Assembly (NCBI RefSeq): GCF_009914755.1
Contig: NC_060939.1
DNA: 64,000 nt
Reading direction: 5' to 3' (one strand)
Origin: the human T2T-CHM13v2.0 reference genome, Homo sapiens
Positions 19,637 through 32,399 of this stretch are shown piece after piece (within the stretch, counting starts at the first letter, position 1; every line of letters begins with the position of its first letter). A model generated the notes under the pieces. The model was not told the origin of the DNA. It was given only the letters and a program-made list of their open reading frames with translations, and made no database searches. Position numbers and translations under genes: made by a program.

Positions 19637-19964
19637 GACTAGAGTGCTGGTTTTGCAAATCCAAATCTTGAAGCAGTATCCCAACTAAATATCCCAAGAG
19701 ATGATAATAAACATTTACTATTCTTCATGTACAAAGACGGTTTAGTTTTCTACCAGTTAGATGGCAGCCTCCATTTTTTTTAGTAAAGGTAATCAGTTCA
19801 CATCATATACACGGATACCTTGTTCTCCATGAAAATAGGAGTTTTCTGTTCAGCTATAATAGCTACCAGCATGCACAGGAACCAAACCTATGACTTCTGC
19901 CGTAAGGGCCACAAAGTTACATCCAGCTGAGTCCCCTAATGCATCTGAGTCTTTTGCAGTCAAG

Positions 19965-20200
19965 TATAGTGGTATACTTAGAAGAATATGTGATCTGCAG
20001 CCAGAAGACTTGTGGTTTGGGTTCTGTCTCTGCCACTTACAAGCTATGTGAATGTGGGCAAGCCATTAAACATATTTGAATTGTAGTTTTCTTATTGATA
20101 AATTATAACTATTTATAATTATTGCTGTCCTACAGAGCTGTTGTGAGGATCAAATAACAGTAAATGTGAAAGAAGTTTATAAATTGCTGAGTGCAATATA
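19965..20200 (+). mobile_element. MIR SINE
   Basis: CTCTGCCACTTAC..GCTATGTGA..TGGGCAAG...GTTGTGAGGATCAAAT. Confidence 0.8.
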
Positions 20201-20385
20201 AGGTAAGTTTTCTGGCCTTTGATATAATTGTTTTATCTGATCAATCCACATTATTTGAGATCTGTCAACATGGGATTTCCAATTATCTAGTTCTGTTTCC
20301 TCCATCTTTTCCATTTATCCTCTCTTTCCAGTTTTACTATTCTCCATCCTAATTTAAAATATTAATTCCCAATAAAAATCTCAAA

Positions 20386-20624
20386 TCTATCATTGATGGG
20401 CATTTGGCTTGGTTCCAATTCTTTGCTATTGTGAATAATGCCGCAATAAACATATGTGTGCATGTGTGGGGGTGGGGGGAGGGGAGGGGGGGAGGGATAG
20501 CATTAGGAGATATACCTAATGTAAATGACGAGTTAATGGGTGCAGTATATCATCATGGCACATGTATACATATGTGACAAACCTGCACGTTGTGCACATG
20601 TACCCTAGAACTTAAAGTAGAAAA
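20386..20624 (+). mobile_element. Short L1PA4/5 insertion with 5' inversion
   Basis: 20386-20467 is antisense ORF2 3' sequence; 20468-20624 is sense 3'UTR (TAGGAGATATACCTAATGTAAATGACGAG). 16-bp TSD AAAAATCTCAAATCTA at 20374-20389 and 20625-20640. Confidence 0.92.
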
Positions 20625-21019
20625 AAAAATCTCAAATCTAAGTAAATGCTATAGCAAAATATTTTAACAAAGTTTGCTCTCTCTTTTTACCCTTAAAATT
20701 TATTTCTAGCACAGCTTCAGGGATTAAAGCCAGAGACCACAAATGTAAAGCCAGGCCAAGAGTCAGCCTCAGGATTAAGGACCCCAAGAGGCTGGGGAGG
20801 TCAAAAATCACCCTGAAGACCCCATCTGTGGAGATAGGGTGTGTCTCACAGAGAGGTACACCCACAGTGTTTATGAGGGTTAGGAAACTCCAACACCTTA
20901 TGCAAGGAGATGCCAGCAGGAGGAAAGGAAAGTCATCATAGATGTTTTAGTCCACCAGCAGATTGTCTGGCCAATAGGAGTTTGTAAAGATTTGAGAATG
21001 GCTAAATGCCATATCAGGA

Positions 21020-21172
21020 AAAGCATTTGACTGATAGTAAGAACTAGTTTCACTTACTGTTTCTACTAGTTATGGAACCGGTTTGAGCAAGTTTTGTTTT
21101 GTCTTTCTGGGCTTCAGATTCTTCAACTATAAAAAGTCCAGATCGCTTCTAAATTTCCATCAAGCTCTAAAA
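21020..21172 (+). mobile_element. MIR3-like SINE fragment
   Basis: TCTGGGCTTCAGATTCTTCAACTATAAAA...TCTAAATTTCCATCAAGCTCTAAAAT. Confidence 0.55.
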
Positions 21173-23984
21173 TAGCACATTAGTCATAAGTAATTCATTT
21201 CTATTTTCACTATGCAAAATAAGATCAATCTGACAAAAATAAAATAAAATAAAAACAGCCGTCACCACTAAAATTTGTGTTTGATATGATTTTGAAGTCT
21301 TCCCATTCACTTGGGAAAATTCAAGGTTCTATTTAAGAAGGTTCCATAAAAAGTCAAATTAATATCCTTTGTACCTACTTCTTTAAGATGACTGCTTAAC
21401 AGGAATTCTGATAAATGACAGGAGCTTCTGCCTGTAGCAACCAATCAAAATGTATTATTAGCGTAACATTCCCATGTAACGACATGCCAATAATTATCTC
21501 TTAAATGGAAATGTGGAATTCTTAACTTTCACATGTACAGAACATTACAATCATTGGGACCTAAAAAAATTGTAATTAGAAATTTCAACTATGTCACATT
21601 CTAGATTTCTTGTTGGTTTTGTAAAACTGGCCCCAGAAGAGGAAAGCGCAAGGTCACTATAAGTGTCCCTCACTTAGCATAAAACCCAGGACTTAAACTT
21701 TCTCATCTGGATGGGAACCCTCTCTTCTCTCTTAATACCTCTTTTTATCTTTCCTATCCTCTTTACTGCACCCACAAAATAATATTGTCAGAGCTTTCAT
21801 ATTTATAAGCTATTGAAGAGATAATAGCAGATAAGAACTTTTTTTTTTTTACTTCACTTTGTATTTGTTGTTGTTTTGATTCAGGAAAACATTGAATTGT
21901 GTTAGTGTAAAGGGGAGAAGAATAAATCTAGCCTGATGAAGAGTGGGAAGATATTAAGCAAATGATTTGTCATGCAGTAGGGGAGTCAATAAATATTTTA
22001 TGTTGATAAAATCAGAAGCAAGTGAGCTAATATATAAGAATGCATTTATTAAAACATAAGATACTATATAAACACTCTTATTGTCATCAGTACTTTAAGC
22101 AGAGCAAAAATGGAAAAGAGACAGAAAGAGATTCTTGCCAAATGCCAGTGCTACCCCCACCAAAAATGTGTTCAAGGCTGGAAGTTGGTTATTTAAGTTT
22201 CCTGTCTTCATAGGATGCTATAACTCTTGCTTTCTTTCGAGTTTCTTCATCTTCCCTTACTCCACCCACATTATAACGATGCCCAGAAAAGGCCGGTCTC
22301 AGTTGCATACTCAGTTCAATGTCTGAATCCATGGATCATGGACAGCCCCTTACGATTCACAGAAAGAAGTTCATATTTAATTAAAGATGAATGAAGTCAT
22401 TTAAAGACATCCTCTTTCAGCAGTTGAAAATAAATGATGTTTTTAGATCAGCATCTCAGGAGCTCTGTCAGAAAGCACAGATTTTAGAATCTTTAGTTCC
22501 AGTTCCTAGTGTTCTCTGAGGCTACAGTGGCAATCTTAGGCCCATCAGTCTTTCTCTGACCCTTGGCTTTAGGCTGTTAAGCCTTGGCCATCTGTCTTCT
22601 AAATACGCATGTTTGGTCTCCAAGGACCAACACCCAAGGTGAGAGGACATGGGTGGTCAGGGAAAATGTAAAGTCGCAGTTGGGATAAAGATAGAGAAAA
22701 ATCATAAGGCATTTCCTCCATGTGGAGCATAAGCAGTATCACCTTCTAATGTGCAGGACAATTTATCTCTTTCCCAAGGTAAGAGAACAGTACCACTGTG
22801 CTAGTGTTTTATCCATTGCCACCCAGCCTACTATTTTTGGTATTATTATTATTAAAATAAATAATGAAAATGTTGTTGGATGTTGGTCCCACAAAACTCA
22901 GCCTTTAAGAATGTTTCTGCTCTACAAGTAGGCTTCCTATCATAACTGCAAACAAAGGATTAAAGGGGCGTGCAGGGCCCCAGAAAGCTCTTCCTAACTG
23001 TCATGGCCCATCCTTAAATGTTAAGAGCTGCTGAATCTCTGTCTGCAGAACTTGATGCTTCAAAAACATAAATATATTGTTCTTAAAGCCCAGATAGAAC
23101 ACAGGCCTGATGTCATGAATACTGATGACTTTCCCCAGTTGAGGGACTATTGGGGTTGGCGAGGAGCGGGTAGGACAAAGGAAAGGAAACATCTCAGAGT
23201 CATCACAACAACAGACTCTTGCATCTCAGAGGAGTTCCAACCCTCTGAGTTCACTGTTAGGCTCTGAATAGAATTACCTACATGTCAGTCCATCAAGGTA
23301 GTTTAAAATACCTGTGCTCCTAAAGCCAAGGTGTCATTACAGATTTAGCACTACCAGCAGTGTTCTCTTTGTCACACAATGAAGCAGTATGGTTAATTAA
23401 CGCTCACTGGGGAGCCTGGGATAATGACGCCTCTCTCTTCCTAGAGCCAATTACCCCAAATATTCAGATTACCTACCTACTACTTCACTGAAAGAAGTGT
23501 CTGGGTGTTTTTTGTTTTTTTTTTTCAAGGCATTATGTATCATGTAACGTCACATTATGTGATGTTGTATCACAGCCTGACAGCTTACAATGAGAGATAT
23601 GCTGAATATATTGGGTAGTTAATACCTGTCTGAATTAACAAGACAACCAACTTTCCAAAGAAAGAAATATCTGGGGTACCTCCTGGGATATCTGGAGGGA
23701 GAACCATGTCTGATTCACTCAATCAACCACTGTGTGTCACTGTTGCTTCTTGTAAAGGCACACGAAAGGGTATTTGTCTGCAGAGATGGCACACGTATCT
23801 ACACATAAACGATCAATGGTTTTGTACAGAATCCTTAATGGATGCCCATTCATAGAGATTCTATGCCAATTCTGTTTAAATGATCTCACTCATCTAGGAA
23901 TTAATTATCAAGAGTCAGAGTAACATACAGGAAAGGGTATGGGATTGAGCAAACCAGTTGAGAACCTGGTATGTGACCTGTACT

Positions 23985-24688
23985 TATTCATCTGTTCATT
24001 CAAAAAATATTCAGTCCAAGCCTGTTCTCTATAGGGATTCTGTTACTAGCAGATAGAATATACTCCAGCTCCATTCTTTTCATTGTGCCTCAAATAAGCC
24101 AGACATAATCCTGCCTCAGGGCCTTTGCACAAGCTGATACCACTATCTAGAATGCTCTTCTCCAAGATATCTTTATGATGAATTCTCTTGCCATCTTTAA
24201 CATTTTCCCAAATATCAGCTTCTCAATGAGGTCTATCCTGGCCAACTTATTTAAAATCCCATCCCCTCTTTTGTTTCAGTACTCCTTGTTCTTTTTTACT
24301 CCATAGGAAAAAACATACTTAGATTAACTTGTCAGAGAAACTGTCTTTGAGGAGGTGACATGGAATGTCAATGATGAGACATCAATGTCAAATGATGACA
24401 GATAGATAGCCCTGAAAGGAATGGAAGAAAAGATGGCTTACTTTCCTCTTTTGTAACAGGGATAAATGTCATCTATCTGGTAAGAAGAGGATTAAATGAG
24501 ATAATATATGCAAAGGCCATAGAATGTACTTTCTCAATATTCTAGTTATGTCATTTCCTCACTTAAAACCTTCAGTGACTTCCCATTTTCTTCTAAACAA
24601 AATTCATACTCTTAGATCAATAACTCCATTGCTCAGTCCTAGTTTCTTTCAGGCCTCTTTCATCACTAAACTCCATCAACTTCCACCA

Positions 24689-24737
<49 letters not shown>

Positions 24738-26195
24738 CTCTCTCTCTCTCTCTCTCTCTGTCTTTCGTGGAACTATATAACTTCTTATAAAACCCAAATG
24801 CCAACATCTTGTTTTGATGCTCTCTCCATTGGCCCTACCTAGAATAAACAGTCTGCCCTGAGCAAACTTTCCCTTCATGCTCAATCACTCCTGTGTGTCC
24901 CATGTATCCTCTGCTTTCCTCTGCTATATTACTTATTGTACAATACTAAGATTGGTACTTTTAGTTTCCTTCCCTGTAACCACACTGTCAGATTACTGAG
25001 GGTAGAGCTATATCTGATTTATTTTTCTATCCCTAGCTCTTGATGCAGAGCCTAGGATATAGTAAACTCACAATGCAAACATTTGAATGACTGGCTGAAT
25101 CCATTCAACAGATCAGCACTACATCAGTGATGGGCACATAGCTTGTTCATAATAAATGCTGACACTCTCCCATCACTCCCAACTAACTCATTTAATTATA
25201 TATGTGAATAATTAATCTTTTAGTTTACATAGGTTATATAAAGTTATAATTATCTGAAACTAGATATTAATAAAATATTGTGTTTGACAATGCAACAAAT
25301 ATGCTTTCAGATCTATTATAAGCAGAAAATTCCTATTTTTCTTTGGGTGAAGGGTAAGCATAAAGTTATAGATGAGAAATGTTAAGATCCATGCCTTCAA
25401 TGAGCATACAATCTACTAAGGAAGACAAAGATATATGAACAGTTAACCAGCCATGGTTTAGACCAAAATTAATTGTCATAATACTAGCACATATGAAAGA
25501 AAACAGTTGACAGGGTTGTATAAAAAAAGGGAAAATAGGAAAAAGAAAACGATGGGCCTTTAAGGAAATGCTGTGCAGATGAGGCTGCAGTATCAGATGC
25601 ATTCAAGGGTCCAGGGTCTGGACACATGGAGGCATAGAATAGAAAAGGTAGATGAGGTCTAGGTGGAGGAATAGCAGATGAGAGAACGCACTGGGATGTT
25701 TGTTCCAGTGTCTCAATGATACTTGCAGGGACATCAAATTTAATATCAGTATACTGATGGAATTTAAGAACTTGTGGCAACATGTCAAGAATAGTTGAAG
25801 TTGAGGTTGGAGAAGTGGTAAGCGGCAGGGATCCTGAAGGCAGGAAGGCAAGTTACTAGGCTATTATAAAAGAATGAAAAAAGGTGGGGAGGAAATAAAC
25901 TAGAGCACCACTGGGATGAATTGAAAAGAGTCAACATTGTGAAGACAGACCAATGAATGTATCTGATAAGTGACTGATGACATCAATCATGATTCCAGGA
26001 ATTCAAACAGAAGTTCAAGGGGAATGGTGAGCCCATTGTCCTAGAATAAGAAATGCATACAGAATAATTTAGGTGGCAGAGGGGAGGGGCAAGTTCACTA
26101 ATGATTCATTATTCAGTCTTAGACATCATTAGCTGAGGTGTCAGGTGTGCAGGGGACACTCTGAGGTCAGATAGAGCAGGCTGTGAGTTATGAAC
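23985..26195. mobile_element. Cluster of L2 fragments in both orientations plus a MIR piece (~24440-24545)
   Basis: L2 + at 24060-24260 (CCTGCCTCAGGGCCTTTGCAC...CTAGAATGCTCTT) and 24550-25095; L2 - at 24310-24440 and 25380-26195. Confidence 0.65.
24695..24759. repeat. Compound microsatellite (AC)20(TC)n
   Basis: Directly visible. Confidence 0.95.
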
Positions 26196-27589
26196 TGGCT
26201 CAAGATTCAATCAGTAAAAAGTATATTTTTGCTAATATAAATAAAGTTACAAGAAACATTTACATTAAAATAGTTTATTTTTTCTTTTACTCTCTTTTGA
26301 ACTATTTCCTTAGGGCAAGTTTCCACAACTGTATCACAGTCCTTTACAAGGGCCTCTTCCAATCCTCTAATCCTTTCACTTGAAGCCAGTACTACCTCAG
26401 TGCTTCCTTAGAAACCTTGATACTTTTTTTTGCTTTCAGCCCTGTTCCAACATCCCAATACACCACATTGTTTATGACAGTCCCCAATGATTTACAGCAA
26501 TCACTTTAATAATTTTATAATATGCTCTCCAGACAAGATCTCAGTTGTTTAGCCAGTACTTTGAGAATAGTTTCTAAGGTACTGTTATAATCTTGTTTCC
26601 AAAACCTCATTAACGTAAGCTGACTTTTTCCCAGGGTAGTGAGAGTAAAACATAATGAAACACTTGATTTTTTGGACTAAGTCCATAGCATTACTATGCT
26701 ATTAACATATAAAGATATGAATCACTAAAAATCAAGTTTAGATGTGTGATTTGCAAGTTCACATATTTCTGTTGACAACATAATATAAGTGTAGAAACCA
26801 TAAATGGTATTTTTGATTTTCATAAACCTTGGTATATCCAACAAACATATCTCTATGTCTTCCTTTAGTTATTGTAAATGCAGTCTCTCACATTCTAAGC
26901 ATGTAATCAGTAAGCATAGAAAGTAATTCCCGCTTTCATTGGCTACAATGAATATCTGGGACAGACATATCCATCCTGAGTGTTGACTCTGATGAAGGTT
27001 TCAATTTTAAACATGGATTCAATAAAACCTCAAGTAAATTGTGACAAATGCCTTGCCTCAGTGTGTTAAGTTAATTTTTAGTTTAACAAATTATACTCTA
27101 CATCCTTTGGGGTTTTTTTCTTCGTTCATCAGAGTTGTGCTTCACTTACTATTTTTTTATGTCTGATAAAATTTGTTTTTGTAAAGCTGTGATCTCACTT
27201 CTTTGAAAAAGACTAAATGGGAAATTATATTTTTCCAAGAGTAAATAAAGGCTTCACTTTAATTCAAAATTACAAGTCCAGAGCATTTGAGAGATTTTAC
27301 AAACTGGCACAGCATGTTCTGTTGGCCTTATAGGAATAAGATGATCCAGGGAGGATACACAGCCCATAGATCAACATCAGCATCTCTCGGCCACAGAAAG
27401 AAATACGTAAGATCATCCTGCTCCACTCCCAGAAAACTTTTTAGGCCTAGATTTCCATCTCTAGTCTTGTCTTTCCTACAAATGTGAGTTATCTGAGTGC
27501 TCACTCACCATGTAATAGCCACCTTGCCCAATATGGAGAATATAAAGATAACACACAGGCCATTTCATTGAGGTGTTAGTAGAGCACTT

Positions 27590-28070
27590 TGCCCTGTCCA
27601 CCTTTTCTGCCTAGCCAGCTGCTTCTCTTTCTTCAATACCCAGATCAAATGTCACATCCTCTGTGTAGCCTTACCTAATGCCTCCCCTTTGTCCCCAAGA
27701 GAACTAGCATCTTCCTCTTAACTCCTCCATGACTCCATTCATACCTGCATTAACTTATCCTGATGCGTTTTGACATATCTGCTTATGTTTATCTGGTTAT
27801 ATTAACAAAACTCATTTAAGCACAGGGACTTACTTAAGATTTACTAGAGCTAAGAAATACTCAAGAAATGGGTGTTGAAGATAGGAAGAGAGGCAACATG
27901 CCCTACAACACAACAATGAAAATCTTAGACTATACAGCCACATGGATTCAAATTCCATCTATATAACTTACTAGCTTTGTGATCTTGATTTAAATCTGGA
28001 TGAGTTATTGAACCTCTGTGCCTCAATTTTCTCATCCAGAAAATGAAGAATATGGTAATACTGATCTCTT
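27590..28070 (+). mobile_element. L2 3' fragment followed by MIR
   Basis: CAGATCAAATGTCACATCCTCTGTGTAGCCTT (L2); ACTTACTAGCTTTGTGATCTTG...AACCTCTGTGCCTCAATTTTCTCATC (MIR). Confidence 0.7.
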
Positions 28071-29089
28071 AGAGTTATTGCTTGGCAACTTTAAAGACCC
28101 AGCTCTAGAGAATGAAAATAGGGGGAGAAGTCTTGGTTGTATTGTTCCTTTCTATCCACTGCAATTAATCATTAAGAGAATCTACTCTCTAAACATAGAG
28201 GAAAAATAAGCTCAATGTGCAGTTTTTCTCAAATTTTGGTGAAGTATAAGTATGCCTTTGACACTATATTCATAACTCTGTTACTTCTACCAAAGGGACA
28301 AATTGCACTGAAATCTTATCTTAAATGACTTTTCTCTGACTATAACATTCAACTTGCAAATTGTATCTATCTATCTATATATATATGGAAAATAAGAAGA
28401 AAACAAAGTTCACCCATAATTCTTCTACCCAATGGTTCTTCAAAAGCTATTGTTAAAATAGTTTTAAATATTGTGGTTTGAAATAGTTTAAAAAATTGTA
28501 AACAATTGTTAATATGGTTAAAATTTTGTAACTTTTCTTCTGTTTATACTTTGGCTCATAATTCAATTTTACTGGATAGATTTTCATATAACATTGCTTA
28601 ATAGAAATTTCCCGTTATTAAATATTCCCTGAAAACATAATTATCTATTTATATTTATTTAATTTTCTCCCACTATTAGATATTTAGGCAACAACATTTT
28701 GACAATCATCTTTGCTATAAGTTGTACATACGTATTTTTTACATGTTACATAACATACTTTATAGCATTTTCATAACTTAACTTCACTATGATCCTAAGA
28801 AATAGGTCAAATGTTACAATCTTTATTTTGTAGAAGAAACAAAGGATCAGTGTTAAGCAAGTTTCTTAGCAAATCACTGGTGAAGTAAAGACCATGAGTT
28901 AAGGCATCTGACTCAGTTTATTGCTCTTTCCATCAAATCACTTCATATGTAAAATTGAAGTAATAAACCTAACATCAGTATAAAATGACCATTGGTTGCA
29001 TGTGTTTGTGAGCATTGATGATTTTGTGCTAATTCACTCGAACATTCTTTCATGATTCCCTTTGTATTAAGTGACAAAAATATGTGATA

Positions 29090-31400
29090 CTGCCCCCTTA
29101 AGGAACCGGAGCCTCCACCTTGTGCTCAAATCAGCACTGGGCTGTTAGCCACTGGACTAATTAGCTCATTTCTGCACAAGGAGGTTATGTACACAGCAGC
29201 ACTAAAAGCTCTACTGAGGCCTGCAAAAGGGGAATCTTCTAGTGGACAGAAATTTGAGTGGCATACCAGCTTTTTCAGTTTACCTGGAAGGAGATATGAC
29301 TAGAGGTGGGGATGGATATTGATTTTTGGTCAGTAGCTAACAGATGATCAAGGACTAGAAGGAACAGACTGGAGCACTGATGATACCATAATGCCAAGAT
29401 TTTGCCCCCTACTGTATCCCATGTGCTAACAATGCTTAGCATAGCACATACTCTCGAAAACATTTGTTGATAGAAAGAATGAATAAGACCTACTATTGGC
29501 TAGCACAATGAGATGACTATAGTCAAAACTAATTAATTGTACATTTTAAAATAACTGAAAGAGTATAATTGGATTGTTTGTAACACAAAAGATAAATGCT
29601 TGAGGTGATGGATACCTCCATTGATCCTGATGTGATTATTACACATTACATGCCCAAATCAAAATATCTCATGCAACCCACAAATATACACTTCTACTTT
29701 GTACCCACAAAAATAAAAATAAAAAAAATTATTGAATGAAAGAATAAAGGAATCTCAGAAAAAGATAGGATATGCTTCTTAGCATTGCCCCAGAATTGAG
29801 AATATTTGTATGTTTTATGAATTGTCATCCAGGGACATCCACTGCAGAGGAGCAGATACTCTTTGGTAAGCATTTTATCAAAATTTTTTCCCAATCAGCT
29901 TTGTCCCATAACTGCTTGAGGGCTTGTTCAAAGTATCCATGAACTGCTGGCTACAGTAGCAGGGCTTGATGTACATACACACGCAACCATAATGATTTAC
30001 CTTCCCCAAAGCTGTCCTGGAAATGAATAGACACCTTGTCTTCCAACAGCAGAAATCAATCCTAAGCCTCCAACATGACACCAGTCCCTGCTAATTAATA
30101 ACATTGGATCTATACCCCAAAGAAAGGCTAGAAGTTATTCCTTACTGGAAGAGAACAAAAATAATTTTTCTGCCCTGCCTGATCTGCATATACAAGTTCA
30201 GCATCCATGGTCTTATTTTACGTACTATTTTTTATGCCTATATCCTTTCATTATAACAAAAAGTCATTATACAGAACATACAGAAAGACAGTAAGGCAGT
30301 GGATCGACACTTACGGGATTCATTGGTCTTTTTACATACCCCATCATCTGGAAGCAGCTGTACTTAAAGAATTGTGTAATTGGCCTCCTGAAGACTTAAT
30401 TGTGGTACCAGCTGGAGAATGACTACTTGCAAACTTGGCACTGGCCTATGTGATGTCTATATGATATGGAATATGCTCTAAACCTGTGACTACATATGAT
30501 GTCATTTTTCCCGTACTCAGAATGCGTGAATTTGGGAACCAACTGGTAGAAGTAGGTGTGTGGTTCCTCACACTATTCTATCTAATGAATCACTTGCAAG
30601 AGTTTTGCTTTTCATCACTACAACTTTGGGCTCTTATGATTTAGAGGTATTCATTACTAAAGGAAGAATGCTTCTATCATGGGAAGGATATAAATATGAA
30701 CTGGATGTTGAGACTGTCATTCTCATTTCCTCTTCTCACTGAAACAACAGGCAAAAAAAAATAGGTTACTATATTGACTGAAGAGTTTTATCTTAATCAA
30801 CAAGAGGAAATAAGATAGACAATGGGACAAGCTTGTGTCTATACGCAAGGGATTATTTAGGGATACCCCAACACTTTTATGCCTAATAGTAAAATTGATT
30901 AGAAGCCTGAAGCATACTGGAAGGATGACCAAGAATCCCCTCAAGCATGAAGCAGTGAGTGACTCTTTATTCATTCAAGAAACTAACTAGCTGAAGTACT
31001 AGTTGAGAGAAGATTGACTATTTAAAGCATAGCAGAGGAAGGAAGTTCTAGCTATCAATTACGGTTCAGTAACTGGTTGCAGTAATAGACTTCATTAGTT
31101 AACTTTTCTTCCTCTCTCTCTTTTTTTTATATTTATGAATATTAACCTATTTAAAATTTCCCTTTCCACACTTATTTTTTATATTGCATGTACAATAAAT
31201 TTCTCATTTAGTCCTTAGTTTATAGAATACCAAGGTAAGCATCTGATTGAACCAAAAAAGAAATAAACATTGCTGAGATGGACTCACAATTAATGGCACA
31301 TGGGTCTCTCTTTAGGGGAGAAGTTAAGCACTTATTCACTTGTACAATGGATATATTGCATTAATGTGGGACTGTGTTGTTTCTTTTTTTATTGTTTGGT
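29090..31400 (+). mobile_element. Ancient ERVL internal remnant: RNase H - integrase - dUTPase region
   Basis: ORF 30207-30422 contains VRQWIDTYGIHWSFYIPHHLEAA, similar to ERVL integrase VRQWAHAHGIHWSYHVPHHPEAA. 29230-29345 resembles RNase H (SSQWAEL...YTDSWAVAN). 30745-30815 resembles the post-integrase dUTPase (QQAKKGVTVL..VIDPDYQ). Confidence 0.75.
29500..29728 (+). mobile_element. L1MA (MA2-4 type) 3' end
   Basis: GAGTATAATTGGATTGTTTGTAACAC...GATAAATGCTTGAGGTGATGGATACC...GTACCCACAAAAATAAAAAT. Confidence 0.88.
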
Positions 31401-31449
31401 AATATTTATGTACACTAAGTAAAAAAAGAGTATGATTCTGCTTTATATT

Positions 31450-32055
31450 ATGCATTCACACTCAGCATTCATTCCAACATCCTTTCATCATACCTCCCTC
31501 TACTTTAGAGGCTGGGAAGCTAAAAATGACTTTTCCAAGACTCCCTTGCAGCTAGAGTGTTGAATGTGTAATTAAGTTCTATTAATGATATACACTTGCA
31601 AAAGATTTGGAAGGTAAATGTTAAAAAGGATAGCTTTGCTGCTATTTTCGCTGCTGCTCCTATGAAGCAAGGAGCAACAAAGGACCAGTAGGTTATGAAG
31701 ATGCTGTGTCTACAGAAGCATTCGTATGTCTGGCCTTTTATGAGTTTGAGACACACTTGTGGCAGCAGCAATATCCTGATCACTGGACCACACCTACAGC
31801 AGTGGGTTCCTGAACTCGGGTTCCTGTGATTGCCTCTTGATAACACATATTTATGATTACAGGAGAGGAAGCAGTTCTCTCGACATGGCATTTCAACAGT
31901 CTTATTCTGAAAGTTACTCCTGGACACCCAACATAGAGTCTTCTTCTGTAGTACCTCTAAAAATTGTGTAGTTACTAATTCCCCATATTAAAATCGTTTC
32001 TTGCTTAAACTAGCCAGAGCAGGTTTGGTTGTTGTAGCTGAATGTTAATAGAACA
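31450..32055 (+). mobile_element. LTR33-type ERVL LTR, probably the 3' LTR of the upstream remnant
   Basis: GGCTGGGAAGCTAAAAA...TTCCAAGACTCCCTTGCAGCTAG...ATTAAAATC...TGCTTAAACTAGCCAGAG. Confidence 0.75.
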
Positions 32056-32399
32056 CAAATTAAATTAGCAGAAGAAAAATCTGCACCTTATGTGAATCAG
32101 TATTTACTTTGAAAAATAATACACACATGATCTTTGGGGTTATCTTTTATCAAACCTGATTCCCAATCCTAGTCTATTATTTTTTGGCAGTGGCACCATC
32201 ATTATTCTAGTCAACCAACTTAACATCCTGGCAACACCCTTGACTCTTTTCTTTATCCCATCCAAGTCAGTCAACATATTCTACTAAATCTTCCTTTGAA
32301 AACATCTGTTGTCATTACCTGTCTATTCTAAATCCTCTTCACTTATTATTTCTTTTATCTGTTCTGACTCCAGTATTCCTACACAAGTAAAATAAAGGA

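Noticed and set aside
21431-21450. RFX half-site GTAGCAAC overlapping CCAAT
   Set aside because: Overlapping rather than spaced as in an X-Y module, with no other promoter features.
22189-22332. 47-aa minus-strand ORF MDSDIELSMQ...EDEETRKKARVIASYEDRKLK, faintly like the start of an SH3 domain
   Set aside because: It stops immediately after the motif, lacks good splice sites, and has a length expected by chance.
31520-31927. 135-aa minus-strand ORF
   Set aside because: It lies wholly within the LTR33 element and has no recognisable domain.
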